NCBI GenBank assembly: GCA_029260855.1
Contig: JAJDCK010000001.1
Span: 1,705 to 65,704 of the forward strand
Length of the DNA stretch: 64,000 bases
From: Candidatus Saccharimonadota bacterium
GTDB taxonomy: Bacteria; Patescibacteriota; Saccharimonadia; Saccharimonadales; OFTM59
Reading direction: 5' to 3'
Under the pieces are notes generated by a model. That model saw nothing but the letters and a program-made list of their open reading frames with translations, was not told where the DNA came from and searched no databases. Positions 10,090 to 19,944 of this stretch are shown here, in pieces; the stretch's first letter is position 1; every line of letters starts with the position of its first letter. The position numbers and the translations under genes were made by a program.

Positions 10090-10962
10090 TTAGTTCTCGC
10101 TAAGGTGCTCCTTGTATACTTGCCATTCGCGGCTATTCAGTGGCAGGGCTGCCGCTAAATCAGCATAGCTAAGATTTGTGCTGAACTCGCCTTCGTCTAT
10201 AAATTCACTTGCAAGCCTGGCGGGCCTTACCGCCGTCTCCCATAAGCGGTCGTTAAAGTTTTCAACAAACTCACGGTCTGCTCCAAAATAGTAATGCATA
10301 AAGTGGTTGCCTACAGTTGTAGCCAAACGCTCCGGAAACGCTATAGAGTAATACTCAAAAATCGCGTCTTTTGACATATTTTCTATATCAGGGGTGAGCA
10401 CCAGACTAGGCGGGGCTAATTCACTAGCAACTCTCCCCATCAAACTAGCTATCCCTAATCTTTGAGTCGCTAGCGTTCTTAACCATTGCGGATCCTGCAC
10501 ACGATTTAATAAAATGCCCGCTAAACGGCCAAGCTCCCATGCCCACGTCATGTCTCTTACCTCATCTTTATGATACCGACTGTTCATTGATAACGAGGTG
10601 TCTTTTATATGGCCATATATGTTTAGGTGTATCTTAGCTACACTCATCCCCTTTGCATGCATCAGCTGCTCTTGCAAGTTTCCCCCAAAAGTCACGTCAG
10701 TATCTGTAGCTATGCTATGCGAGTCAACTGTCACATAGCCGCTTGCTTTTAGCCGGTCTGATACCCCTACTCCGTGTTTTAAAGGGACCTCCATGAGGCT
10801 TAAAGCGCTACTAACAAGCCCGATTCGTGACTCGAACATCTCAACCACATCAATCAACCCGCCTCGTTCCTTGGTAGTGTGGCGCTCATAACTGATCTGA
10901 TGAACGTTTGTCTCTAGCTCCGGATTATTCGAGCCGTCAAGCGAACTATTAACTACATGCAT
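10090..10962 (-). CDS. Hypothetical protein
   Basis: 290-aa ORF filling the gap; no motif recognised. Confidence 0.6.
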   Translation of the reverse strand: MHVVNSSLDGSNNPELETNVHQISYERHTTKERGGLIDVVEMFESRIGLVSSALSLMEVPLKHGVGVSDRLKASGYVTVDSHSIATDTDVTFGGNLQEQLMHAKGMSVAKIHLNIYGHIKDTSLSMNSRYHKDEVRDMTWAWELGRLAGILLNRVQDPQWLRTLATQRLGIASLMGRVASELAPPSLVLTPDIENMSKDAIFEYYSIAFPERLATTVGNHFMHYYFGADREFVENFNDRLWETAVRPARLASEFIDEGEFSTNLSYADLAAALPLNSREWQVYKEHLSEN

Positions 10963-10983
10963 TTACTTTTTATATCATTATTA

Positions 10984-11664
10984 TTAATTTTGTTCAACCG
11001 CACGGCTATTTTTGTTACGCCATTTTTCAATTTCGGCATGATGACCCTTCAATAAAACGTCCGGTACCTTCATGCCCCGAAAGTCTTCCGGGCGGGTATA
11101 TTGTGGAAATTCTAGAGTCTTACCATCACTAAAACTTTCTATCTCAGTGCTTTTAGCACCGCCGAGCACCCCCGGCAAAAGCCTCACAACCGCATCCGTC
11201 ACGATCATAGCGGGCAGCTCACCACCAGTTAATACATAATCGCCTATTGATATCTGCTCGTCTATAAAAGCTGTCACGCGCTCATCATAGCCCTCGTAGC
11301 GAGCACAGACCAGGATCAGATTATCGAGCTGCGCAAGCTCTTTAGCTTTAGCCTGATTAAACCGCTCCCCTCGCGGCGTCATTAGAACCACTTTTTGCTT
11401 TTTGCTTTTTGCTTTTTGCGATTCATTCCCGTCATACGCTTTAGCTGCTTCAATAGCTGCCACAAGCGGCTCAGGCTTAAGCAGCATACCGTCGCCCCCA
11501 CCGTAAGGAGTATCATCAACCGTCTTGCGCTTTCCTAGGCCAAAGTCACGCAGATTTATATACGAATATTCAACAATTCCCTTGTCTTTAGCCTTGAACA
11601 ACATGCTAGTCTCCAGCACGGGCGGGAACATCTCTGGGAATAAACTAATAATCTGTATTAACAT
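10984..11664 (-). CDS. trmD: tRNA (guanine37-N1)-methyltransferase
   Basis: VDDTPYGGG, RYEGYDER, SIGDYVLTGGE, PQYTRP. Confidence 0.97.
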   Translation of the reverse strand: MLIQIISLFPEMFPPVLETSMLFKAKDKGIVEYSYINLRDFGLGKRKTVDDTPYGGGDGMLLKPEPLVAAIEAAKAYDGNESQKAKSKKQKVVLMTPRGERFNQAKAKELAQLDNLILVCARYEGYDERVTAFIDEQISIGDYVLTGGELPAMIVTDAVVRLLPGVLGGAKSTEIESFSDGKTLEFPQYTRPEDFRGMKVPDVLLKGHHAEIEKWRNKNSRAVEQN

Positions 11665-11685
11665 CTCTAGGTATCATCCCATAAA

Positions 11686-11719
11686 ATACAAAAACCTGCA
11701 ATTAAGCAGGTTTTTGTAT
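11686..11719. terminator. Bidirectional intrinsic terminator
   Basis: ATACAAAAACCTGC-AATTAA-GCAGGTTTTTGTAT perfect inverted repeat with T tracts. Confidence 0.7.
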
Positions 11720-11898
11720 CACATAAAGCTCCCATCTTCGCCAAGGCTTCGATGGGTAAACCCATTTTTTCCTCGAACGACTATGGCTCGCAGAGCTTTT
11801 ATATTTTTGTATTTGTTTTTTAACGCTGACGTCGCAGCCGTCAATAACTCAGCTATTGTAGCTGATTATGTTTTACCAAACAAGCCGTTTTCCACATA

Positions 11899-12354
11899 TT
11901 AAATATCTAGGTCGTCAAGGTCGCTAAGTTCTTGGCGGGTTCTTCGCAAAGCGTCACTTTCTTTTTCTTCTGGTTCTTCAGCCGGCCCCTGACTTGATGA
12001 TATTTCGTCTGGAGAGGTGTATTCGTCATTATCATCGTTACTGGTCTGGGCAGGCACGGTAGCTGCGCTGGCGTCGTCAGAGCTGCGCGTTGGACGTTCG
12101 CCATTTGACGTATCGATAATTTTCAGGTTGTAGCGGGCGTCATTTTTGGTGCCAAGTGCACGCAGTAATGTGCGTAGGCTTTGAGCAGTTGCACCACGCT
12201 TGCCGATTACCCTGCCCAGGTCTTCTGGGTCTACGGTGAGTTCAAGCAAGACGCCTTTTTCATCAACCCGTCTGTCAACCTTGACCGCGTCTGGTTTACT
12301 GACTACTGATTTTACGATAAATTCTATAAACTGTTGGTCAATAGTCGCATTCAT
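11899..12354 (-). CDS. khpA: KH-domain RNA-binding protein with acidic tail
   Basis: DLGRVIGKRG; position after rpsP. Confidence 0.88.
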   Translation of the reverse strand: MNATIDQQFIEFIVKSVVSKPDAVKVDRRVDEKGVLLELTVDPEDLGRVIGKRGATAQSLRTLLRALGTKNDARYNLKIIDTSNGERPTRSSDDASAATVPAQTSNDDNDEYTSPDEISSSQGPAEEPEEKESDALRRTRQELSDLDDLDI

Positions 12355-12443
12355 GTACTGTCTATCCCTCCTTTTTCAGTCACTTGATGTACTGCCATTA
12401 TAGCAAATAAGTTGCTTATGTTCAGTGGCAAAAGATAAATATA

Positions 12444-12950
12444 TTAGATAATTTTTTCGTCATTAGCCGGCTTTTCAGAGCTTGCTTCAACAGCAATTTC
12501 TGTAGCGACGGAGGTTTCTGCTGGGGATTCTGCTACTGCTTCCACGACGACTTCAGCTGAGGTATCTGTGGTTTCAACTACAGCTTCTTCAGTTAGCTCC
12601 TCTTGCGGAGTCTTGGCAGCTGGAGTAGCTTTCTCGGCCGGGCGGTTGCGGCGGAGTTTGTCAGTATTCTTGATAACACCTTTTTTCTTGGCAGCAACCT
12701 GGACCCAGTCAGGCAATTTAACCTTTTCAGACTTCAGGATAGTTACGACACGAGGTGATGGTTGAGCTCCATTCTCAAGGTAAAAAGTAGCTTTTTCTTT
12801 GTCTAAAACCGTTAGCTTAGAGTGAGGGTTATAATGACCTAGCTGAGCGACAACCTTTCCGCTGGCAGGCGAGCGGCGGGCATCCTGAACAATCACGCGG
12901 AACTCTGCGTGACCTTTACGACCTGTACGTTGCATACGAATAGCTAGCAT
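12444..12950 (-). CDS. rpsP: 30S ribosomal protein S16 with long C-terminal extension
   Basis: MLAIRMQRTGRK, LGHYNP, GAQPS. Confidence 0.95.
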   Translation of the reverse strand: MLAIRMQRTGRKGHAEFRVIVQDARRSPASGKVVAQLGHYNPHSKLTVLDKEKATFYLENGAQPSPRVVTILKSEKVKLPDWVQVAAKKKGVIKNTDKLRRNRPAEKATPAAKTPQEELTEEAVVETTDTSAEVVVEAVAESPAETSVATEIAVEASSEKPANDEKII

Positions 12951-13057
12951 GTATCTTGTTCTCTTCTCTCCACCCAACGGCGAATTTATAGCTTATACAA
13001 CAATCCTGTGTATTCTACAGATAACCACCCCTTATGTCAACCTTATGGAATATTTGT

Positions 13058-13474
13058 TCAGTTATAGACACTAAGACAGGGAATATTTATTTCATGCAGT
13101 ACTGCGTCTTTACGCACCATACTTACTAATAAATCGGCCTCTCGGAGTGTTGCTGTTCCCAGTATTTTGCCCTGTTCTAGTCTTCTGAGGGTGTCAGCTG
13201 TTTGTTCAAAGCGCTTTTCAACCTCTAAAGGTTCAATGCCATTTATTCCGCTAATACGGCTTTTTATGCCTTTTATGTCTAGCGTGGTAACAGGTTGGTG
13301 GTTTTTGTCTTCTTCCTGAGCACTAAGTCTTAAGGCTAGTTCACCGCAGCTTAGTTTATAATAATCATGCAAAGGATCAAATGGCCGACTATCGGCCAAA
13401 CCAAGGGCTTCTTGCACCAAACCCGTTAGTTGTCTTAGCGGCTCACGCCGTACATCCATATATGGCATAGACAT
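13058..13474 (-). CDS. Hypothetical protein
   Basis: 138-aa ORF with AAGGA upstream. Confidence 0.55.
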   Translation of the reverse strand: MSMPYMDVRREPLRQLTGLVQEALGLADSRPFDPLHDYYKLSCGELALRLSAQEEDKNHQPVTTLDIKGIKSRISGINGIEPLEVEKRFEQTADTLRRLEQGKILGTATLREADLLVSMVRKDAVLHEINIPCLSVYN

Positions 13475-13570
13475 ATATTTATCCTTTTTGTCTATATTAC
13501 TACATCTGTAGAATATATAATATTCACGTATATAATTATATTATACCACAGTTGTAAAGTATTTACAACT

Positions 13571-14269
13571 TTAAGTCTGGTATTTTTTAAGAGCGGCTTC
13601 GGCAGCGCCGACTTGGCCGATTTGCTTACTGGGGCCAGTCCCTTTGCCTTGTAATACACCGTTCACGTATACGCCCACGGTAAATATCTTATCGTGATCA
13701 GGGCCTTCTTCTGCTAATACTTTATAAACAGGCGTAAAACCATCTTGGTTTTGTACAAGCTCTTGCAGGTTGGATTTTGGATCCATCCATGACCCTGCCT
13801 TAAGAATCCCCTCAAATGTAACAAGCAAGCTCTTGGCTATGAAGTCTTTGGTAGCCTCGTAGCCTTTGTCCAAATACAATGCGCCTACAACAGCTTCGTA
13901 ACAATTAGCGAGTATCTGGGCCCTTGCCCTATTCGTGCCACGCTTCTCGCCGCGACTCAGCCGTAACAACGGCTCAAAGTCAAAACGATGTGCTGCAGCA
14001 CCGATACTCTCTGTGCGTACTAGTGAGCTTCGCCAATTAGTCAGGGTGCCCTCTGGTTCTGTAAAGTTGGCGTATAAGTATTCTGTGACTATTAGCTCTA
14101 GCACAGCGTCACCCAAAAACTCCAGACGCTCATTGTGTTCAGAAGCTGTCTTACGATGTTCGTTTACGTAGGACCGATGAGTAAAAGCCGTTACAAGCAA
14201 GCTCGCGTCGCTAAACACTACGCCTAGCTTATCTTTGGCAAATGCTTGGTAGATTGAAGTGTCTTGCAT
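13571..14269 (-). CDS. rnc: Ribonuclease III
   Basis: HNERLEFLGDAVL; C-terminal dsRBD. Confidence 0.97.
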   Translation of the reverse strand: MQDTSIYQAFAKDKLGVVFSDASLLVTAFTHRSYVNEHRKTASEHNERLEFLGDAVLELIVTEYLYANFTEPEGTLTNWRSSLVRTESIGAAAHRFDFEPLLRLSRGEKRGTNRARAQILANCYEAVVGALYLDKGYEATKDFIAKSLLVTFEGILKAGSWMDPKSNLQELVQNQDGFTPVYKVLAEEGPDHDKIFTVGVYVNGVLQGKGTGPSKQIGQVGAAEAALKKYQT

Positions 14270-14274
14270 AAATT

Positions 14275-14775
14275 CTACGTGTTAAAGTTCCTGATCTTTT
14301 TTAATCCAAGTAGGATTAGTTTTCCAATGTCATCATACTCTATTTTATCTAGCGCCTCACTGGCGGGGAACCATTTGATTCCGTTCATCCAGTCTTCTGG
14401 GTGCACGTCATCAGTGTCTCCAAGCCCTTGGATTAGAAAAATCTCGGTGGTCATCAGCACTAAGCTTGAGCCTCTGCGGTAACGAAAATTGATCTTACCC
14501 AACCAGTTAAGCACCTTCATCGCTTTCAGGCCAGTTTCTTCACCAACTTCACGCTCGGCAGTTTCTTTGGCGGACTCCCCTTCTTCTATGTGCCCTTTGG
14601 GGATAGTCCAGCGATTTTTGGCATCTTGAATTAACAGTATTTCAACTTCGTTGGTTCTTTGGTCGCGCCTGAACACAACGCCACCAGCTGTAGGTTCGCG
14701 CACAACTTCGTTGATCGTCGGCTTCCGATTAGCAACAAATTTTTTAAATCCATGGATGGGTTTAGGTCTTTTCAT
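14275..14775 (-). CDS. NUDIX hydrolase
   Basis: Nudix box PKGHIEEGESAKETAEREVGEETG. Confidence 0.9.
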   Translation of the reverse strand: MKRPKPIHGFKKFVANRKPTINEVVREPTAGGVVFRRDQRTNEVEILLIQDAKNRWTIPKGHIEEGESAKETAEREVGEETGLKAMKVLNWLGKINFRYRRGSSLVLMTTEIFLIQGLGDTDDVHPEDWMNGIKWFPASEALDKIEYDDIGKLILLGLKKIRNFNT

Positions 14776-15251
14776 AATTCTTTGGCCTTATCGTTGAGGT
14801 GAGTCTTCTTGACTGGTCTCGATTTATCTTGTCGTTGACGTAGAACTGTTCCTAGAACACCGTTGACAAACTTAGAAGAGTTGTCGCCCCCAAATCCTTT
14901 CGCCAATTCCACCGCTTCGTTAATCACAACTTTCGGCGGGATACTCTTCTCGTGCAGCAGTTCATAAACCCCCAGCCTTAGTACCAATCGGTCCATGCGA
15001 GCTATCTGGTCAATGGGCCATTCGGGCGCCACCGGTTGAATGATTGCGTCTAGCTCGTCTTTGCGCTCGGTTATACCGTTAACTAGGCGCTCAATAAAGT
15101 CTTCGTCGTCAACTAGCGTCTTGTAGCGATGTATATTGCGTTTTGTAGACTGCTTCAGGTTAAAATTGTTGTCCTGACACTCCTGTCGAAGTTCTTGTTC
15201 GTACAGCGTCTGCAGTGCAATGATACGGCCGAGATGACGATTAGCACTCAT
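14772..15251 (-). CDS. nusB: Transcription antitermination factor NusB
   Basis: VVINEAVELAKGFG, FVNGVL. Confidence 0.95.
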   Translation of the reverse strand: MSANRHLGRIIALQTLYEQELRQECQDNNFNLKQSTKRNIHRYKTLVDDEDFIERLVNGITERKDELDAIIQPVAPEWPIDQIARMDRLVLRLGVYELLHEKSIPPKVVINEAVELAKGFGGDNSSKFVNGVLGTVLRQRQDKSRPVKKTHLNDKAKEL

Positions 15252-15302
15252 ATTGTTAAGTTAGTCCTTATCGTTCCAGTATACGCTCTGGATGGGCGTG
15301 TT

Positions 15303-15473
15303 TTAATTTTTTTCTGATTTACTGGCGGCCGAAACTGCTCTGCCGCTTTCACGCCTGGTTGTAAATGCTTTGACTGGTGATTTTGCGTTTACAGCACGAG
15401 CCAATTTAAGCACTAAATGACTGCGACGCATACCTGTCCGGCGGGGTGATGTGCGTTTTTTGGGTTTTCCCAT
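15303..15473 (-). CDS. rpmF: 50S ribosomal protein L32, Cys-less form, 56 aa, absent from ORF track
   Basis: MGKPKKRTSPRRTGMRRSH...; AGGAG upstream; rpmF-nusB-rnc context. Confidence 0.85.
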   Translation of the reverse strand: MGKPKKRTSPRRTGMRRSHLVLKLARAVNAKSPVKAFTTRRESGRAVSAASKSEKN

Positions 15474-15629
15474 AGCTTAGATAGCACTCCTTCTCTCTGT
15501 ATTACCGATGTATTATTCCCCCTATTCTACCCCAAATAACGACTAAAAACAACAGCTCACCCTTGTATCAGCAAAACACGCTATTACGGTTTTAATATAA
15601 TCATTAATTGTCTAAGCGCTGGACATGTA

Positions 15630-18059
15630 TTAGATTACGAAGTTAATGAGTTTGTTGGGTACATAAATAACTTTTTGAGCGGCTTTACCTTGCAAGTATT
15701 CAGCAATCTTTTCGTGCGATTGAGCGAGTTTTGTGACATCACTCTCGCTACTGGCAGCAGGCATCTCTATATTAGCCCTGACTTTGCCGTTAACCTGGAT
15801 AACAATTGTCATAGTTTCGCTTATCAGCAATTTTTCATCCCAAGATGGCCACTCACTGGTGTGGACCGACCCAGTATTACCCAGCCGTTGCCATAATTCT
15901 TCCGTTATATGAGGCGCAAAAGGCGCCAGCAATTGAATAAGCGTAGTCAACACAGCCTTCCATTGGGCTGATCCTAGTTTTGTAATCGTCTTGAGTTTGT
16001 AAAGCTCGTTGACTAGCTCCATAAGCGAGGCAATTGAGGTATTAAAACCAAGCTCGTGCATGTCTAGACTAACTGCCTTGGTAGCTTTTGCTAAAGCCCG
16101 TGGTAATTCTGGTGTGATGTCTTCAGATTCTTCTGACGCAATATGTTCCTGAACCAGTGTCCAAACACGCTGCAAAAATCTAAATGTGCCGCCCATACCT
16201 TCTACGCTCCAGGCCGCTGATTGATTCCAGGGGCCGATAAACAGTTCCATCAAACGGATAGAGTCCGCTCCGTAGCCTTGGCTAATCAGTTCATCGGGAG
16301 ATATTACATTGCCCTTGCTTTTACTCATTTTCTGGCCATCGGGGGCTAGAATATTGCCCTGATTACGGAGAGTCTTAAATGGTTCCTTAAATTCTATAAG
16401 GCCTTCATCAAACATCACCTTTGTCCAAAAACGAGCATAGAGTAAATGCATAACTGCATGGTCTGCTCCGCCAATGTAATCATCTACAGGCAGCCAGAAC
16501 TCAGCCTTACTTTTATCAAAGGCCGCATTGGCGTTATGCGGGTCAGCAAAACGTAAAAAATACCAACTACTACAGGCAAAACCATCCATAGTATCGGTTT
16601 CTCGCTCGGCCGGGCCGCCGCATTTAGGACAAGGCACATTGACAAATTCCTCTACGCGCGCCAGTGGGCTTCTGCCATCACCGCTGGGTTCATAGCTTTC
16701 TATTTCTGGAATGATCACTGGCAGTTGATCTTCTGGCACAGCTACCGCACCGTCCTTAGGACAATGGATTATCGGTATCGGCGCGCCCCAGTAGCGCTGA
16801 CGACTGATTAGCCAATCGCGGATTTTATAGTTGACGTGCTCGTCAGCAACACCGCTCTTATTTAGGTCAGCCACAATTTGCTCACGTGCTTCTTCTGAGC
16901 GCATGTCATCATATATACCGGAATTCATCATTAAACCCTCGTCGTGGGTGCAGGCCTCATCTGGTGCCTCATTTTGAACTACACGTATAATCGGCAGTTT
17001 GTATTTCTTTGCAAACTTCCAGTCACGTTCATCGTGCGCCGGCACTGCCATAATCGCTCCAGTTCCATAACCGCCAAGTACGTAGTCCGCAATCCAAACA
17101 GGAATTTTTGCATTATTTGCGGGGTTAGTGGCATATGAGCCTGTAAAAATACCTGTCTTTTCCCTGTCTGTTTCTTGCCTTTCTATATCACTTTTGGCCT
17201 GTGATTCTTTGACATAATCTTCTATGGATTTTTTCTGTCCAGTAGTTGTTATACGTTTAACCAGTGGATGTTCTGGAGCTAGGACCATAAAAGTGGCTCC
17301 GAATAAAGTGTCTGCCCTAGTAGTAAAAACGCGTATAACTTCACTACCCTCAGCCAGTTTGAAATCTATTTCAGCACCGGTGCTTTTGCCAATCCAATTT
17401 CGCTGCATTGTTTTGATTGCGTCGGACCACTCCAGATCTCCCAAATCCTCCAACAAACGATCGGCATACTCTGTGATTTTAAAGAACCATTGTTTTAAAG
17501 ATTTCTTCTCTACGTCACTACCACAGCGCCAGCACTTACCAGCTTCAACTTGCTCGTTTGCCAGTACAGTTTTATCAACAGGGCACCACCATTGGAGTCC
17601 TGTTTGCTGATAAGCTAAGCCTCTCTTATACAAAAGTAAAAACAGCCACTGTGTCCATTTATAATAACTTGGGTCGCTACTGTTTATTTCTCGTGACCAG
17701 TCGTAACTGAAGCCCATCTGGGCCAACTGTTCTTTAAATTTTGCCGATGCCTCTTTAATCATCAGGCTCGGGCTATTACCAGTTTTGATAGCATAATTTT
17801 CAGCCGGTAATCCAAAAGCATCCCAGCCCATAGGGTGGAGTACGTTTTGACCCTGCATGCGTGCAAAGCGAGCAATAACATCACCGATAGCATAATTACG
17901 TACATGGCCAACATGCATTGCTGCGCCACTTAAGTAAGGGAAAAATTCTAATACATACCGCTTGGGTTTGCTCGGATCTTCGCTGGCACGATAAATACCC
18001 TGCTCTTCCCAGGTTTTCTGCCACTTAGGTTCAATCTCTTTCGGATTATAGCGTTTCAC
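15630..18059 (-). CDS. leuS: Leucine--tRNA ligase
   Basis: HVGH, GWDAFGLPAENYA, GTGAIMAVPAHD, DWLISRQRYWG, KMSKS. Confidence 0.97.
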   Translation of the reverse strand: MKRYNPKEIEPKWQKTWEEQGIYRASEDPSKPKRYVLEFFPYLSGAAMHVGHVRNYAIGDVIARFARMQGQNVLHPMGWDAFGLPAENYAIKTGNSPSLMIKEASAKFKEQLAQMGFSYDWSREINSSDPSYYKWTQWLFLLLYKRGLAYQQTGLQWWCPVDKTVLANEQVEAGKCWRCGSDVEKKSLKQWFFKITEYADRLLEDLGDLEWSDAIKTMQRNWIGKSTGAEIDFKLAEGSEVIRVFTTRADTLFGATFMVLAPEHPLVKRITTTGQKKSIEDYVKESQAKSDIERQETDREKTGIFTGSYATNPANNAKIPVWIADYVLGGYGTGAIMAVPAHDERDWKFAKKYKLPIIRVVQNEAPDEACTHDEGLMMNSGIYDDMRSEEAREQIVADLNKSGVADEHVNYKIRDWLISRQRYWGAPIPIIHCPKDGAVAVPEDQLPVIIPEIESYEPSGDGRSPLARVEEFVNVPCPKCGGPAERETDTMDGFACSSWYFLRFADPHNANAAFDKSKAEFWLPVDDYIGGADHAVMHLLYARFWTKVMFDEGLIEFKEPFKTLRNQGNILAPDGQKMSKSKGNVISPDELISQGYGADSIRLMELFIGPWNQSAAWSVEGMGGTFRFLQRVWTLVQEHIASEESEDITPELPRALAKATKAVSLDMHELGFNTSIASLMELVNELYKLKTITKLGSAQWKAVLTTLIQLLAPFAPHITEELWQRLGNTGSVHTSEWPSWDEKLLISETMTIVIQVNGKVRANIEMPAASSESDVTKLAQSHEKIAEYLQGKAAQKVIYVPNKLINFVI

Positions 18060-18084
18060 GCATTCACCTTATCACAAGAGGTGG

Positions 18085-19023
18085 CTAGGAGACAATCTGG
18101 CGCCAGTTGCCGAAGTCGTTGTCAGTGCCGCGCTGAACGGCTTCATATTTTTGCATAAGTTTGTTTGTAATCGGTCCGATGGCGCCACCATTGATTGGAC
18201 GCTTATCTACAGACAATACCGGGGTGATTCGTACGCTGCTGCCGCAGAGAAATGCTTCCTCGCATTTGTATAGTTCCGTCCGGTCAATACTGCGTTCTTC
18301 AACTTCTATGCCAAGTTTTGGAGCGATTTCCAGCAGGCTGTCGCGGGTAATGCCTTCCAAAATATCGGTCGAGGTATCTGGTGTTGCAAGTTTTCCATTA
18401 CGAACGACAAACAAATTTGCTACTGTCGCCTCGGCAACGTGTCCATTATGATCAAGCGCGATTGCTTCGTCGTAGCCATTCAGTAGGGCCTCGTTTTTCA
18501 TGAGTGAGGCGTTTACGTAGCTGCCGTTTATTTTGGCTTTGGCAGGGATTGAATTATCAACATTGCGCACCCAGCTGGAGATACAGGCATTAATACCGCT
18601 CCGCGACAGCACTTCTCCGAGAGGATAAATATAGGCGCTTAAACTATTCTTTAAGCCGTGTATTTTTGTACCAGCTACCAGCTCATCAACAAACACTGTC
18701 ACCCGAACCAGCGCGTCTTCCTGGATATTGTTACGGTTGATAAGCTCCAGCATGGTTTGCTCGAATTTTTCCCACGGCCACTCGCTGGCGAAGCTGTCAA
18801 AATCCATAATCTTCGCAGAGTTCACCAGCCGGCTGTAATGCTCTCGCAGCCGAAAAATATATAGCTTTTGCTGTTGCTTATTCCAGTTCAAACTAAAAAC
18901 CGTGTAGACAGAAAGCCCATACAAAACCGGCGAACTAGCAATGCTGACGTTTGCTTGTTCAAACGGTACGAAATCATTACGAAAAAACGCTTCACTTTTT
19001 TTATAATCAAACATGTTTCCCAT
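18085..19023 (-). CDS. Class IV PLP aminotransferase (IlvE/D-amino-acid transaminase family)
   Basis: AKINGSY, EATVANLF, ILEGITR, EAFLCG. Confidence 0.88.
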   Translation of the reverse strand: MGNMFDYKKSEAFFRNDFVPFEQANVSIASSPVLYGLSVYTVFSLNWNKQQQKLYIFRLREHYSRLVNSAKIMDFDSFASEWPWEKFEQTMLELINRNNIQEDALVRVTVFVDELVAGTKIHGLKNSLSAYIYPLGEVLSRSGINACISSWVRNVDNSIPAKAKINGSYVNASLMKNEALLNGYDEAIALDHNGHVAEATVANLFVVRNGKLATPDTSTDILEGITRDSLLEIAPKLGIEVEERSIDRTELYKCEEAFLCGSSVRITPVLSVDKRPINGGAIGPITNKLMQKYEAVQRGTDNDFGNWRQIVS

Positions 19024-19032
19024 TATACCTTC

Positions 19033-19944
19033 TTAAAGTTTATAGTCTCGTTTCACTAACTCAACAAATTTTTTCATAAGTTCTGGGAAAGTCATGCCTG
19101 CTACTGCTGCAGCTTTGGGGTATAGGCTTTGGTTGGTCATCCCTGGTATTGTGTTAATTTCTAATATAATCAAATCTCCACTAGGACGTACGATCATGTC
19201 TACGCGTGATAAGTGCCGGGCACCTGTGACTTTATGTACTTGCTCCGCCAAAAATTTAGCTTTTGTTTGTAGGGCCTCATCAATAGAGACAGGCGGACAA
19301 AGCTCTTCAGTCTTGCCGTTATATTTGTTTTCATAATCAAATTCTCCCGCTTCAGGCGGTCTAATCTCAATGACAGGTAGCGCTGTTTGATCTAATATAG
19401 GCACCGTAATCTCTATGCCCTCAATTAACTCTTCTATTACAGCGCTCTGACTAACACGAAACACTTCAGCCAATTTTTCCGGGCTAGCGTCTTTAGGGTC
19501 ACGGACAATAAGCGTACCGATGCTTGACCCGCCCCCTACCGCCTTTACTACATGTGGCAGCTTGCGTAGGTCACTACTTTCATAGGCTTCCTCGGTAATT
19601 AATTCGCCCTTTGCAACCGGCAGCCCGGCTTCTTGTAGCGCTCTCCTGGTTAGCCACTTATCAAAACACATTGTGGAGTTTGTGCTGTCTGTACCTAGAT
19701 ATGGAAGTCCCCGCTGCTCTAATTCTGCTTGTATACTACCGTCTTCACCGCCAGCACCATGTAAAATCGGAAAGACTATGCCTTCTTGAACAATTAGCTC
19801 GTCCAAAACCGACAAGCCCTCAGTCGGGTCAGCAAAAGTATTTTCAAATCCTGCCTCTTCCAGTGCTTGACTAACTGCTGTTGCCGAACGTATTGACACA
19901 TCTCGCTCCGGTGAATTCCCGCCGCCAAGAACTAATACTTTCAT
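19033..19944 (-). CDS. ddl: D-alanine--D-alanine ligase
   Basis: GGNSPERDVS, LHGAGGEDG, GSSIG, DYENKY, EINTIPG. Confidence 0.95.
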   Translation of the reverse strand: MKVLVLGGGNSPERDVSIRSATAVSQALEEAGFENTFADPTEGLSVLDELIVQEGIVFPILHGAGGEDGSIQAELEQRGLPYLGTDSTNSTMCFDKWLTRRALQEAGLPVAKGELITEEAYESSDLRKLPHVVKAVGGGSSIGTLIVRDPKDASPEKLAEVFRVSQSAVIEELIEGIEITVPILDQTALPVIEIRPPEAGEFDYENKYNGKTEELCPPVSIDEALQTKAKFLAEQVHKVTGARHLSRVDMIVRPSGDLIILEINTIPGMTNQSLYPKAAAVAGMTFPELMKKFVELVKRDYKL

